A stretch of DNA of 61,580 bases, filler included, from Stramenopiles sp. TOSAG23-3 (Eukaryota), in assembly GCA_900128585.1 (NCBI GenBank). It is 19 parts of 19 records of this genome, joined end to end, with 100 filler letters (N's around TTAATTAATTAA, not from the genome) between each part and the next. Parts side by side here need not be neighbours in the genome. Positions count along the whole stretch, not along the records: positions 42,274 to 45,415 come from LT644395.1; positions 45,516 to 48,654 come from LT644396.1; positions 48,755 to 51,888 come from LT644397.1; positions 51,989 to 55,120 come from LT644398.1; positions 55,221 to 58,350 come from LT644399.1; 14 more parts are not named here. The stretch is one strand, 5' to 3'. The translations under genes and the position numbers were made by a program. The stretch's first letter is position 1. Each line of letters starts with the position of its first letter. Under the pieces are notes generated by a model, which was not told where the DNA came from, made no database searches, and saw only the letters and a list, made by a program, of their open reading frames with translations. This document shows, piece after piece, positions 43,485 through 56,020 of this stretch.

Positions 43485-44439
43485 TCACTGGTTGTTCTTC
43501 TGAACTTCAAAGTACTCCAAGTCAATCAGCATCGCTGCGCCGAAGAGTAAGCTGCGGTTTTCTGGGGTAATATTCTGCGGAAAGAGGAGTTTGAATTTGT
43601 TCGTGTGGAGGCAGATCTCCCCGCATCCGTCGAACATTTTCCTTATTTCGCCCACCGTTGACCTCGTCTTCGGGTCTTTCACTTCAAACAGGACGTCTCC
43701 GCAGCACGGGAAGCAGATTGCCGGTTGGCAAAAGGTCCCGCCGATCTCAAAGACTTTCTGGTCCATGCTGTTGTACACGTGCGAATCCATCTGGCACAAG
43801 CACATTTTTTCGACCGTGAACGGGTCTTGTATATGGCCCAGGGCAGTCCCCATCCCGTCCGAGATGAGAAGCTTTGGCCGCATAAAGCAGCACCCTTGAA
43901 GATGGAAGGGTTTGTGCATTTGCAGCCATACGGGGCTGTTCCGGTCAAACCCGGTATGGGCCAGCAAGGTCAACGTTCGGTTCGGGCCGCAGCAAAGGCG
44001 TTCCAGGCACTGGGAGTCTTCCCGGACGTACAGGACCTGCTGCCCGTTGCTGCTTCTTGCTTTCGGGTCGGCGAACGACCGGTGAACCCTGTACCGGTTC
44101 TTCGCCTCGCAACCTATCGCTTCCATGAGGGCAAACTCCTGCTTGATGATAACGGCCTCGGCGCCTTGGAACGCATCGTTCCGTGCCATCTGAAGCGCGG
44201 GGGGGGGGCACTCCAAAGTTCAGCGGCTGGGCGATAACCGTCGGGACCACGACAGGGACCGGCGCTTGGTACGGAACCTGAACCGTTGTCCCTGGGACCA
44301 TGCCGTCCTGTACAGTGAACTGCACAAGCTGACCGTTCTGCAGCTGAGTGCTCAACAACTGCCCTACGAATGCGTCGGCGGGAACTTGGACTTGGACCAT
44401 TGGCACGGCGCCCATAGGGTTTGGTTTCACCTCGTTCAT
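43485..44439 (-). CDS. Phospholipid scramblase, split by a frameshift in a C10 run
   Basis: Pro/Val/Gln-rich N-terminus from ATG 44439 reaches the homopolymer at 44199-44208. The scramblase domain (EAKNRY, REDS..LERLCC, FP......R.LL.GA..LID..YFE) is in another frame. Confidence 0.85.
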
Positions 44440-45110
44440 GCTCGTTACTCTCTTCTCTATGCCTCTAAAAACGCTGCCCGGAAAGAAAATGTGCGCTGCC
44501 ACCACCAAGAATAGTAATAATAAGATTAAAGCGAAGATGGAGGCTAAGCACACGCGCGCACACACACACACACAAAAACGCAAAATCAAATCGTCTACTC
44601 TTTCATGCAAAGTTTTCATTCATCATCATATATAAATATAATAATACAGAATGGAGAAAAAATAATAATAAATAATAAATACTACTAGGTAATCATTTTC
44701 CATGTTATTATTCAATGTAATTTTGTGTTCATTCGTTCATTCTTCTTCGTTCATTTATTATTATTATTATTTTTTTTTTTTATTTTAATTATTTTTTTTT
44801 GATTTATTTTGATGAATTAATAATTGTTGTTTTTTTGATTTAATTATTAATATTATAATATCACCGGCCTCTTTCTCTTTCTTTACACGAGACAGTGTGT
44901 GTACGGTATCGGTATATTTTATCATTATGTGACATTTTCCTTAATTTTTGATCTATCTATATTAGCTATAAACTATATAGTTTAGAGTATTTACAAGTAT
45001 AATAATACATATATTAGATAGGAAAATCTAATCGGAGGAACCATTATCTATAAAATAACATATAATACCATATTATACTGTGTATATGTTATATTAATAA
45101 TAATAATTAG

Positions 45111-45296
45111 AAAAAAGAAAAAAGAAGAAAAAAGATGATAGAAAGAAGAAGAAAGAAAGAAAGAAGAAGAGAGAAAGAAGAAGAAAGAAAGAGAAAGAAA
45201 GAAAGAAAGAAAGAAGAAGAGAGAAAGAAGAAGAGAGAAAGAAAAAAGAAAGAAAGAAAGAGTCGAAAGAAAGAAAGAAAGAAAGAAAGAGTCGAT

Positions 45297-45327
<31 letters not shown>

Positions 45328-45415
45328 GTCGAAAAAAAGAAAGAAAGAAAGAAAGAGTCGAAAGAAAGAAAGAGTCGAAAGAAAGAAAGAAAGAAAGAGT
45401 CGAAAGAAAGAAAGA
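45111..45415. repeat. Purine-rich (GAAA)n/(GAA)n tract with periodic GAGTC interruptions
   Basis: Seen directly. Confidence 0.9.
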
Positions 45416-45833
45416 NNNNNNNNNNNNNNNNNNNNNNNNNNNNNNNNNNNNNNNNNNNNTTAATTAATTAANNNNNNNNNNNNNNNNNNNNNNNNNNNNN
45501 NNNNNNNNNNNNNNNATCAAATAATACTATTTAATAAATATTATATGAACTCATATAGGATATATTGTTTTAACAATATATCTTATGGATATACAAGTAC
45601 AATATAGTAATTTTAATGGACAAGAAATGATGCATAGGAATTTCAATTATAAAATCAGAAGATCGTGCAAGCCTGCCAAAGACGGCAGGTTTTTGTCTTC
45701 ATCTAACCACTAACTATTCAAAACGCAAAGACGACTGCTGGTAGTATATCGCAGATCGCTGCAATAACAGCACACGGTATGAATTTATTTAGGATTAAAT
45801 CTTTTTGACATACACAATATTGTTTTGCTTCAT

Positions 45834-48654
45834 TTAAACAGATTTAAATTTCGACATGTCCAACATATCAATTACTTGTTCACAAGCTTTTTTGAGTTCA
45901 TCATCGGAAACCCCAGTACCATCATCACCATCCTCGTTATCGCCTCTCTCTCCATTTTCTGCACCTTCATCCGTTGCATCGGAGGACCCCACGCCGGCAC
46001 CCAGTGCCATGGGCAAAATTGAATTGATCACGGAATTGAAGGGACTTGGTTTACCAAAGGATTCAATCCCCAAGTATACAAACATCAACATGAACAGCAA
46101 CACCAGTAAGCCAGCTGCAAATATGCCCACCAAACGCATGGCGGACTTCTTTAACTGGCCCAATAAAAGAAAAGCCAGTTTGGTTTCCATGTTCAGCATG
46201 ATTGTTTGCAGCCCGTAAACACCAAGGAGGCCTGATCCTTCTGGATCTCCGATGGAAAACAATTCCAGCGCCTTTTCTTCCGTTAGCTCGATGCCGTAAC
46301 ATTTCATTACAGTTTTGAATTCGTAAACATTTAGATACCCCAATTTAGATTCGTCAAACATTGAAAAAACAAGAAACAGTTGCCTGTCTCGGATACTTTC
46401 AGCGTTTTCATTAGCTTCGTGTCTTTCCACAAGTTCATCCGATAATGATTCTTCCAAATCATTTACTTCCCCATTGTTAGAAAGAACTGGAACCACTCGT
46501 AGTAATAGCCTCGCTAAATCTTGCATCAACACTGAGTCGTACTCACCAAGTTCACGCCCCATCAAACCAAAGGCGGACATATCAGAACGTGCTAAACCAC
46601 ACACCGCGATGGCTTCTGACGAAGGGAAGCTTGCCGTGTCAGACGAGTATGCCTTTTGGAGCCCCTCCATCGCATTTAAATAAGCCTCATCCGCTTCCTT
46701 TGGGGAACTTCGCGGACTACAAAGATCAATGATGCTGGAGATGAGATCTGCTGCTTTCGCACCTGGCATCATTTTCTCGGCGAGGGTTTTTGCAGTTTCT
46801 TTTATTTTATCTATATTGCTTGGAGCGTCGACATCACTGAGATATAAACCGTTTAACTCCAGTTTTTCCGAGTCATTCAAATAATCTTTCGCAAGGTCAT
46901 TCGCCGCAGTTCCAATGCCAGCGCCACCTTTACCAAAATTTGTGCGACCGCCCGCCAGCAAATCTAACAGAGCACGGAAAGATTTGGAATTGGAATTGCT
47001 TTTACATCTACGTGGCAGCTCTTCAAATTCAAAGTCCTTATTTCGGTCTAATTCATACTCTTTAAAGCAGGGGTGTTTTCGATTTGCTAAATACGCTATT
47101 TCCTTCATCAGTTTCTCTTCACCAGTAAGTTTGCACACTTGATCGATATCAGAACACAAAGTGTAATGTATTAGTTTTTCTAAATCTCTCGATGCATTCG
47201 ATGCATTCGATGCAATACCCAAATATTCACCGAGTTTCTCAAAATGTTTTTTGTCATTCTCTATGTTTTTGTCATTCTTCATGTTTAAATCCACTAAGAG
47301 TTCAATATATTTCAAATATGGCATAGTTGTTGCCCATTTTTCTTGTTTTTGCAATTTTTTTGCCCAATCTTTCAACTTGGCAACATTGTTCGTTAAAATG
47401 TAATAATACAAAGAGAGGAAACCAAACTCTTTTCCCACCTTGAAGTCACTACGTTCAGACAACGATTTTTCTATATATTCTATATCTTCGTCCTTTGCGT
47501 TTTTGTTAAACATTGCAAGCATGCGTTTTATAAAGTCTTTCTCCTCCAGTAACTGAAAATAATGATCGATGTATTTTTCGTCATCGTGTGCAACTGCCAT
47601 CAAGAACTGGCATAAATAAAACTTTTCACCACCCTTGATCGTTTTAACTTTAATTTTTTCAGGGAAGAGCTTTTTTTCAATCAAATTGTACTTTAAACAT
47701 TTTGCCACAGTGTCGTCATCTTTGGATACAAGGGCCACGAAAAACTCTCCGTACATATGATTGGTTTCAAAATGAAGCCTAATTTGATCCGAATCGAGCA
47801 AATCGCAATCGAGGCCGCCCCGCGGTTGTTCATTGACGTACGTCTCCTTGTAAAACTTCGCCAACTTGTCGTACATGTCATTGGAGGAAATGGTCCCCAA
47901 TGTATCATGATGAATGGCGTGCATTTTATCGACGACATCGCACAAGGGGCATTTCTTCTTCTTCTTCACCGTTACTAAATATTCGTATATAGTGCAGCAG
48001 GCCTGTAAACTAACACGCCCTTTGCATTGAGCACAAAGAAGGATGCTCGAAACAAGCTTAGGCTCTAGGCCTAATTCTTTGCAGATTGGTTGAATCCAAT
48101 CTTCGACATTCGCTTGCGTTAAAGATGCGCCACATAAAAATCCGAGACAGATCTTTGGATTAACGTGCACCCGACTAGAGATTATTGCCGCTGAATTGTG
48201 CATTTTGCTTTCTTGTCCCATTGCTATGTTTAGTATGGCCAGCGCTAGTTGTTTGTCCAATGATAAAGATGAACACAATACGTTGGATGTAAATTGGACG
48301 GTGGCCACATCATTTGCAGCCAATGCGGCTATGGCAATAACCAAATCTGTCACCGGATGAATTTTTGAGCTAATAACGCCGTCTCCCTCCCCGTCCTTTA
48401 TTTCCCAAGCCTCTTTTTCCTTACTTGCAACACGAACGAAGAACTCCAAACCAATGTTGGGGTCAGACACCAAGCTTAGTCGTGCTAAAATGGTTTTTAA
48501 CTCTTCTAACTTTTTACATTCAGACAGAACTTTCTTCACAGTTTCTGCAGAACCTGTAGAAATCGCAATAATTAGTTTTCTGCATATGATCTGATAGCCA
48601 TCTTTACTTTTGCTATCGATGGAATATTCACCGCGTATAAGCAAGCGCAATACG
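45834..48654 (-). CDS. Large helical protein with C-terminal EF-hand-like pair and membrane anchor (5' truncated)
   Basis: Over 930 codons open. FDESKLGYLNVYEF and GDPEGSGLL, then a TM segment LVGIFAAGLLVLLFMLMFVYLGI. Confidence 0.85.
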
Positions 48655-48995
48655 NNNNNNNNNNNNNNNNNNNNNNNNNNNNNNNNNNNNNNNNNNNNTT
48701 AATTAATTAANNNNNNNNNNNNNNNNNNNNNNNNNNNNNNNNNNNNNNNNNNNNAAGAAGACGACTGCTGCATCAACAAGCCGTTTGAAGCAGAAGCAAA
48801 TAAGTGAATGCACAGAAAGGCCCCAGTTACTAAGAAGAAAGTGTATGCCAATCCTCCACTTCCGTGTTCAGTTCCGGAAAAAAGGAAAGTATTGTTAAAA
48901 CATCGAATAACGTGTTCTCTCGCAAAATCCTACCACAGGGCGCAATTTTATACACGTTAGGCATTTGCAAAAAGTACGTGCACTCTCTCTTCACA

Positions 48996-50000
48996 ATGAG
49001 CAACGATGCATACTGCCGGGTGTACAATAAAGAAGCCTTGAAGATGCTAGTAGCGGGGAATGAGTTAGAAAACCGTGTTCAGCAGGAGATCAAGAAAAAA
49101 GAGCTAGATGCAAAGCGGTCAAGAATGAGCTCTCAAAGTGGTTTGAATCGGAACTCGCTTGTCGCCAGTGAAAGCGAAAAGAAGATGCGTGAACAGCAAC
49201 GCGCCGACGTGAGGTACGAACGGTTCAAAGTGGCACAGGAGAATCGAGAGAAAAAGGAACGGGTTGAAAAGGCAAAGCGCATGGAGGAGTCAGCAAAAAG
49301 GAAAGAAGCAAAATTCAAGTATTGGCAAGGCAGGGTCAATGACCCTGTTGAACGAAAAGAAGTTGAAAATGTAATAAATTGGCTAGACCGCCACGACGCC
49401 AAACAACGAAAGAAACTTGAAAAACTCCACGAAGCGTGGGACACTGCAATTTACAGCAAAATCAAGAATTATATTAACGACAAGCTTGATAAGCGGGACC
49501 ATATTGCGTACAAAGAAACCGTTCGTCGAGAATACCAAAACTACGTAGACATAACCAACAAAAAGGGTGCCGTTTTCCGCGATATATATGTAGAAAGCGA
49601 GTACGATCCATTCGTCATCAGTCGACAAACCATTAAGTTCAAAACAAAGAAGTTTGAAGACCCCATCAAGAGACTCTTGGACAAAAGAAAAGAAGAATTG
49701 GGGCAAATCAAAGGAGGGTGGTTGATTAAACAAGACAAAGAAGGGGGAAGAGAAACTTTGGACGTGGAATTATGGCAAACTGGAAAGATAGAGAATACGC
49801 CACATGGTTTGGCAGCCAAGTTTGGTGAGCCACCAAAGCCAAAAACCGACATTGAGAAGAAGTTGTCGCAGTCGCGAGTAGTTATTGATCATTTCAATGT
49901 ACTAATGGGGAAAGAGGGACAGGCTGCCCTAGATGCAGAATTGGGTCCTGGGAAGCGCCCGATTCCAGGGCGAGGCGGGAGCACGTTGCAACTAGGTTGA
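48996..50000 (+). CDS. FAM228-like coiled-coil protein
   Basis: LHEAWDTAIY, KKGAVFRDI....YDPF and DPIKR motifs. ATG at 48996. Confidence 0.6.
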   Translation: MSNDAYCRVYNKEALKMLVAGNELENRVQQEIKKKELDAKRSRMSSQSGLNRNSLVASESEKKMREQQRADVRYERFKVAQENREKKERVEKAKRMEESAKRKEAKFKYWQGRVNDPVERKEVENVINWLDRHDAKQRKKLEKLHEAWDTAIYSKIKNYINDKLDKRDHIAYKETVRREYQNYVDITNKKGAVFRDIYVESEYDPFVISRQTIKFKTKKFEDPIKRLLDKRKEELGQIKGGWLIKQDKEGGRETLDVELWQTGKIENTPHGLAAKFGEPPKPKTDIEKKLSQSRVVIDHFNVLMGKEGQAALDAELGPGKRPIPGRGGSTLQLG

Positions 50001-50088
50001 AGCGAATAAACTCATGCGAAAGAGTATAAAATGTGTAAGTGGAGGGAAATAATTTTTTTTTTTCAGTTCTTTTCTAATTAGTACACGG

Positions 50089-50817
50089 TTAATTTTTCTT
50101 TCTCCTCGGTGACTTCCGTCTCGTAGATGCTTTTAATTTGGCTGTTTTCTCCTTCTCTTCTTCATTTAATTTTTGCAAATATGCAATTTTCTTTGTTTGA
50201 TGCTTCTCCTTGTGCTGTTCTATGCCACTAGCTAAGCCAAAATGCCCCACGGAATAATATTTCCCCCCTCCCATTCTCCATACACGGTCGTCGTAATTGT
50301 ACTTTTTGGGAGAGTGGTGTTTGTGGTGGAAGTAATGGTTGTTAGAATGAAGTACACGGCGTTCTTCTTTGTCTTTTAAATTTCGCACCAACTCCCGTTT
50401 GTGCTTCAATATCTCCAAATGTTCTATAAGCGCTTCGTTTTTTTCATCCCCAATGTGGTCCCTCAAAAACCCAAATTCGTCGGTATCCTCTCGAAAGTGA
50501 TCGCGCAACGTCTGCAGTGTACAGTGACCAACAATACTCCTCTGTTCGCGTTGGCGCTTGCGTTCATCAGAAATGTACCTCCCATAATTTTCCCTTCTTA
50601 AATACATATGAACCTCCTCCCAACCAACTGTCTTTTGGGAAATACTATCACGTCTTACTTCTGCCAAGTACTGCTTACGCAATGAATCTTTCTTCATCAC
50701 AGGATCGGACCAGTCACTATCTATACAAAAATGTTCTATATGTGCCAACAAATGCCCCCTGCTGCTAAATTTTAAATTGCATTCAACGCACTCGAGGTGC
50801 CGGTCACTATACGCCAT
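50089..50817 (-). CDS. Protein with N-terminal zinc finger (CCDC17-like) and coiled coil
   Basis: CVECNLKF....LLAHIEHFC. Confidence 0.65.
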   Translation of the reverse strand: MAYSDRHLECVECNLKFSSRGHLLAHIEHFCIDSDWSDPVMKKDSLRKQYLAEVRRDSISQKTVGWEEVHMYLRRENYGRYISDERKRQREQRSIVGHCTLQTLRDHFREDTDEFGFLRDHIGDEKNEALIEHLEILKHKRELVRNLKDKEERRVLHSNNHYFHHKHHSPKKYNYDDRVWRMGGGKYYSVGHFGLASGIEQHKEKHQTKKIAYLQKLNEEEKEKTAKLKASTRRKSPRRKKN

Positions 50818-51420
50818 TCTAAAGTTGCGAACCGCTTATTTTTCATGCCAGCACGCGTTATCTTCACAACCATTCACCTTTGTCGGAAATTACTGCTTGA
50901 TCATGTTTGCATGGCTATATCAATTAGTGTCTATATACTCACTTGAGCAGAAAGAAAATTCATCTCCTGCTTGCTGCTGCTGCTGAATCATCAGAGGCAG
51001 CGCATGCAGGTGGTTTCAGCTTTTTTTTGTTGAAGTCGTTTTTTCACCAAATTTATTTACCCTATCTATAACACTACAATGAACCAACAAATAATAAAAA
51101 GAAGAGGCAGGCGTTTTAACGTTGTTATTTTTTCCTCCATTTTATTTATTTGTTTTTTTGTACTACGTACTGATGCTGTGTAGTATTATTAATACATCAA
51201 ATAATAATAAAAATATTATATTAATGGCATATTTTCCTTTCTTCTTTTTCTATCTTTGAAATATACATGTCGGTTATAATTATACTGTGCAGTAGTTGCA
51301 TATCCCCCGTTCGTTCAATTGATTACATGTTTGCGTTTTTATGGAATGTGTGGGTTCTTCTGTGTAATGTTAATCGGTTTGCCTGATCGGTTTGTTGTTT
51401 GCTAGCTTTGCCTCGCCGGC

Positions 51421-51888
51421 ATGTCGTCTAATAATTACGAGGAGGACGATGATGACTACTCATTGAGTGGCTATTCATCTGATGAAATAGACCCATTTGA
51501 AGAGAAACTTCGATACATTCAGGAGCATGGAAACCCAACGGATCAACTTGTTGCAATACAAACCCGTATAAACCACACTGTTCTCGAGTTTGATGAAGCA
51601 CTGGGTACAGACACTTTGGCAGATTTACGATTTCAGAGCGACCAGAACAGCAGGAAACGAATTGAGGGTCTTCTCAAAGCACAGGAGCGTCGCGCGGTAC
51701 AACTAAAAAATCTCCGAAAATCTGTCGAAAATGGTCCTGAAAGCGACCTGGACTCGTCTGATGATGAGTGGAAAATTGAAGAGAAAAAGATTTTCCTGGG
51801 GATGGAGTCCGACAACACCCTCGCAGTAGAAGGATCGCGCAACGTACAAAATTTAATAATGAAAATTACTGGCATTCAAAGTGGGGCT
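51421..51888 (+). CDS. Hypothetical acidic protein (3' truncated)
   Basis: ATG after an AT-rich spacer, coding-like composition, open to the contig end. Confidence 0.65.
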
Positions 51889-51988
51889 NNNNNNNNNNNN
51901 NNNNNNNNNNNNNNNNNNNNNNNNNNNNNNNNTTAATTAATTAANNNNNNNNNNNNNNNNNNNNNNNNNNNNNNNNNNNNNNNNNNNN

Positions 51989-52923
51989 TTCCCTGAACCA
52001 GCTGCTTTTAAATTTTTAAATCGACCAGTACCACTACTACGACCTTGATTTAAAACACTTATACTTTCAACTAATATAAATGATAATTTACTATCATTAC
52101 CCATAAATTGTATACGCGATTTTGGATATGTTGGATCCAATGGTACATATGGATTCCCAGTTTTCATTACAGCTAATATAGATGCAATGGCATAATGTCC
52201 ATTGCATGATACACCAACAGGATTTTCACTATTTGGAAACAAACCATTGTCTAATAATGTTTGAGCAATTAATGTTGACATTGCATTTAATTGTTGATAT
52301 GATATTTGAAATTTTTCAGATACGATAATTGCAATTTTATTTGGTTGTTGCATTACTTGGCGTTGAATATAACTATGGATAGTATTTCTTGATGAATTCG
52401 CTGTTTTTAATGGTATATTTGGTATGGTAATAGTATCATCGTTGAACATGTTATTATTAGTATTATTATTAATAGTATTCTTGTTTGTTGAATGAATATT
52501 ATTATTATTATTACCATTATTATTACTAACACTACTGCCAAATCCAAGTCCTAACCATTGCAATAATGTTGGACGAGATGCTGTATCTTCTGATAATGAT
52601 TTAGCACGTTTATTCATCGATGATGATGATGATGTGTGTCGTGTATGATTATTATAATTATTGTGAAATGCAGTTGATTGTGCACGTGAGTTGGATCGTC
52701 GGGATTTTTTTTGTTTATTATTAAAAAAAACATTATTAGAAGAAGCGACACGATATCCTTTTTTATTGTATTTATCACGTTTGTATCGTAAGGTGACACT
52801 TCTTCTATCGATTAAATCTTGTCGTTGAAATAAGTTGTCGTTGTCGTTGTTGTTGTTGGTATTACCACGTGTGTTTTTCTTCTTTTTTTTCGTTGGTGAT
52901 GAATGTACAAATGAGTTAATCAT
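51989..52923 (-). CDS. NRPS-type adenylation-domain protein with Asn-rich leader (3' truncated)
   Basis: QPNKIAI, A1 motif ISYQQLN, and A2 motif ILAVMKTGNPYVPLDPTYPKSRI. Confidence 0.8.
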
Positions 52924-53596
52924 GTTGATATAGATTATCGTCAAATTTGTAATTTCTAACTAATTAAATTTAAACGAAAAAAAAAAAATAGAAATGATGC
53001 GAAAAACAAAAAAAAATATATATATATAAAATATGTAAAATAAAATTGGTTGATATTGGAAGTAATAATTATTATTCCAATAGGTTTTACTATGTTAATA
53101 AGTCGTTCACTAATTGAAATATACATATATATATATATACACATTCATCGCATATATCTATATATATATATGAAGTTCTACGACGAAGAAGAAATGTCCA
53201 AGGGTTCGCTTGATGGTGGTATTGTACTTCATAGTATACTGTAATATGATAGGAAGACGGGAAAAATTGACGACCGAAAAAAATTGTTGAAATTCGAGTT
53301 GGTGAAAAGCACAAAAACAAAATTTATAAAAAAATATTCTTGTGTATATATGTTGTATGTCTTTGTATATGTATATCTTTGTATTACATTTTGTTGTTTT
53401 TATAAAACTCATAATTCCCTCCGTTCTGTGTGATTCTCTGTGTGAGATGTGAATTAATAATAATTTAAAACCATCTTTTCATCCTGTTCTTTATCCCGCC
53501 GAACGTTTTACGAAGTACATTGCGTGTCGTGTTTTTTTTCATACCCCCTTTTTTTTTGTTGAATATCTACACAGGCTACACACACACCAACATTTT

Positions 53597-54841
53597 CTAA
53601 ATACGTGGCATTGGTGAATGTACAAATTTATGATTGGTGGTACGTAATGGTGATTTAAAAACAGTTTTTAATTTCTTTGTCATACGTTTTTTAATTTTCT
53701 TTGATCTTGTTTTTCGTGTATTTTGAACTGTATTTTCTTGATCATCATGAAGTATATGGAATGATGTGTTATTATTATTACTATTATTATTACTATTATT
53801 ATTATTTACTTTTTTCTTCGATGCTTTTGTTGGTATCAATGTATCAAAAGTATTATTGATTGATATTTCTGATAATACATTTAATTTTGCTGGTATTACA
53901 GTTTCTACAACTACAGCTTTTTCTTTTTCTTCTTCTTGGAGAACAACTTCATATGCTTCGGAAACTTCCACTTCAGATGGATAATCTAAGTTAACATATT
54001 TACGTTTTTTCATAAAGTTCATTGCAATTGCAAGACAGAACATCCCATATACAATAAATGAACCATATGTATTTTCTGCTTCAATATTTTTTGTTGTTTC
54101 TTTTTCTTGAACATTTTCTGTCATCATTTTTTCCATCGAATCATTAAATGCATCTAAATCATTTGCCATAGCAACTTGGTATGGTCCGTACATTAATTCC
54201 ATTCTACATGCATGTACATCTTTGAATGATTGACAATGATCAGTAATAACTAACAATGTTTGTTCTTTTGCATTATTATTATTATTTTCTTCTTCACCAT
54301 TATTATTAGTAGTTTCGTCGTCTTTAGCTACTGTTTCATCAATATTTTCAGTCTTTTGATAATTAATCGTAGTTAATTGTGCAACAACGGCACTATGTAA
54401 TGTTGCAATTGATGTCGAATCGTTTGAAAATTCAGGATTGGCATAAAAGAATGACAATACAGCATCATTTACATTATCATTTTTAAAATAAAAAAATGAT
54501 TTTGATACACCATGTTCATTTGTTATTGATAAATCAAATAATAATTCATTTTGTAACCTTTGTTGAAATTTTTCACGTAATGCATTTACAATTCGTTCTT
54601 GGCATGGCATTTGCATCGTATTCATTGCACCGACACTATTGCAAAAGTTAAAACTAACTTGTTCCATGGAATCACCTTCATGAACTGCAATAGTTTTCGG
54701 TACTAAATTAGTAGAATGTGCATCATACAAATTTACGGTAATAGTTGTTAATATTTTCGTTTGTATTTGTATGGATGTTACATGTTGTAAAATTAATGTT
54801 GATAATATTGTGATTATCAATGTGGTGGTAAATTTTTGCAT
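53597..54841 (-). CDS. Signal peptide plus TM hypothetical protein with poly-Asn tracts
   Basis: 414-aa ORF in very AT-rich DNA. Hydrophobic N-terminus and TM segment FIVYGMFCLAIAMNF. Confidence 0.75.
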   Translation of the reverse strand: MQKFTTTLIITILSTLILQHVTSIQIQTKILTTITVNLYDAHSTNLVPKTIAVHEGDSMEQVSFNFCNSVGAMNTMQMPCQERIVNALREKFQQRLQNELLFDLSITNEHGVSKSFFYFKNDNVNDAVLSFFYANPEFSNDSTSIATLHSAVVAQLTTINYQKTENIDETVAKDDETTNNNGEEENNNNNAKEQTLLVITDHCQSFKDVHACRMELMYGPYQVAMANDLDAFNDSMEKMMTENVQEKETTKNIEAENTYGSFIVYGMFCLAIAMNFMKKRKYVNLDYPSEVEVSEAYEVVLQEEEKEKAVVVETVIPAKLNVLSEISINNTFDTLIPTKASKKKVNNNNSNNNSNNNNTSFHILHDDQENTVQNTRKTRSKKIKKRMTKKLKTVFKSPLRTTNHKFVHSPMPRI

Positions 54842-55220
54842 ATTTCTTTTGTTCCCTTCTTTTTTATAGTGTATGTTTTTGTTTTTTTCTTTTGTGGTAA
54901 CAATATTATATATATATGTACGTATTTTTTTATCTGTAGTTACTTTGTCTCTTTTTGTTTTGTTTTGTTGTTTGTTTCAATATCTATCTCTCTACATATC
55001 TTTCTATGTGTATGTATGTTGTATTTTTTTGTTTTGTTTTTCGAAATGCAACAACAAATCTTGGTGGTGGAAATTTAGCATGCAATTAGCATTGGTTTTT
55101 TGATTGGAGGTTTCGAGACGNNNNNNNNNNNNNNNNNNNNNNNNNNNNNNNNNNNNNNNNNNNNTTAATTAATTAANNNNNNNNNNNNNNNNNNNNNNNN
55201 NNNNNNNNNNNNNNNNNNNN

Positions 55221-56020
55221 CAGTAGACTGGGTCCCGCCCTGTCGGCGCAGCTTTGCTGAACGAGACCGCGGGCTCATTCCGTCGTGTGGACAGCGTCTG
55301 CGGCCCAATGGCGGTGTGGTTGTTTTCGTAAGCACCGGCCCCTGGCAGGTCGTCCCTATCGCTCGATTCTATCGCTGCCAATTCCTTTGACAAGTACTTC
55401 TTCCGATCGCCCTCTTTCGTAGCCGTGGAAAAGATAACTTTGGGCGAGTTCTGGCGGTGCGGTCGCCCCTCGACTTGGTGCCCGATGGAGCCGGGCAGCA
55501 TGGTCGGACCTTCCAGCGTTGGATGCATCCCAACGTCCAGGGCCCGGTAAATGGTCGAAATCTCGGCCTTGGTCGTCAAATCGATCAGCAGGGCCCTCTG
55601 GGACCCTCCCTCCCTTGAGCTTCGCCCGAACGTCGCCTTCGGCGAGGACGGGATTGAACGATTGTTTGGGGTGACCGGCGTCCGGCTCGGGCGAAACGTT
55701 TTGTCGAACAGGGTCCCCCCACCAAGGGTGTCGTGCTCGTATAGGGCCATTCTAACTTTCTGGCTGTTGGAGAGGTCTATTGCGTCTAAGTCGATGCTCT
55801 TCCTTGGCCGAGGTATCGCGGGCATCGACTTTGAGGACTTGAGCATGGCCTTTTTTCTAGAATTTGGCGACGGGTGCCAGCTGTGCTCCAGGTTCAATGG
55901 CGACAGGACCCCACCATGCGTTGGCACCGTCTGCAAAACCTTCAACTGTCGCTCTAATTCCAACTGTTCCAAGAGCTTGGCCTCCAGCGCCAGCGTCAAC
56001 TTCAAGGACCGAGACGCCAT
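55221..56020 (-). CDS. SHIPPO/ODF3-like PG-repeat flagellar protein (3' truncated)
   Basis: PGAGAY motif and repeated IG.Q..S....P..(S)F units. Confidence 0.6.

Noticed and set aside
45672-45695. Hairpin CCTGCC-AAAGAC-GGCAGG followed by a T run
   Set aside because: Resembles a bacterial terminator or Helitron end, but the context is eukaryotic, it is single-copy and no element boundaries are visible.
47189-47214. 9-bp tandem TCGATGCAT repeated about three times
   Set aside because: In-frame micro-duplication (ASNASNAS) within a CDS; unremarkable.
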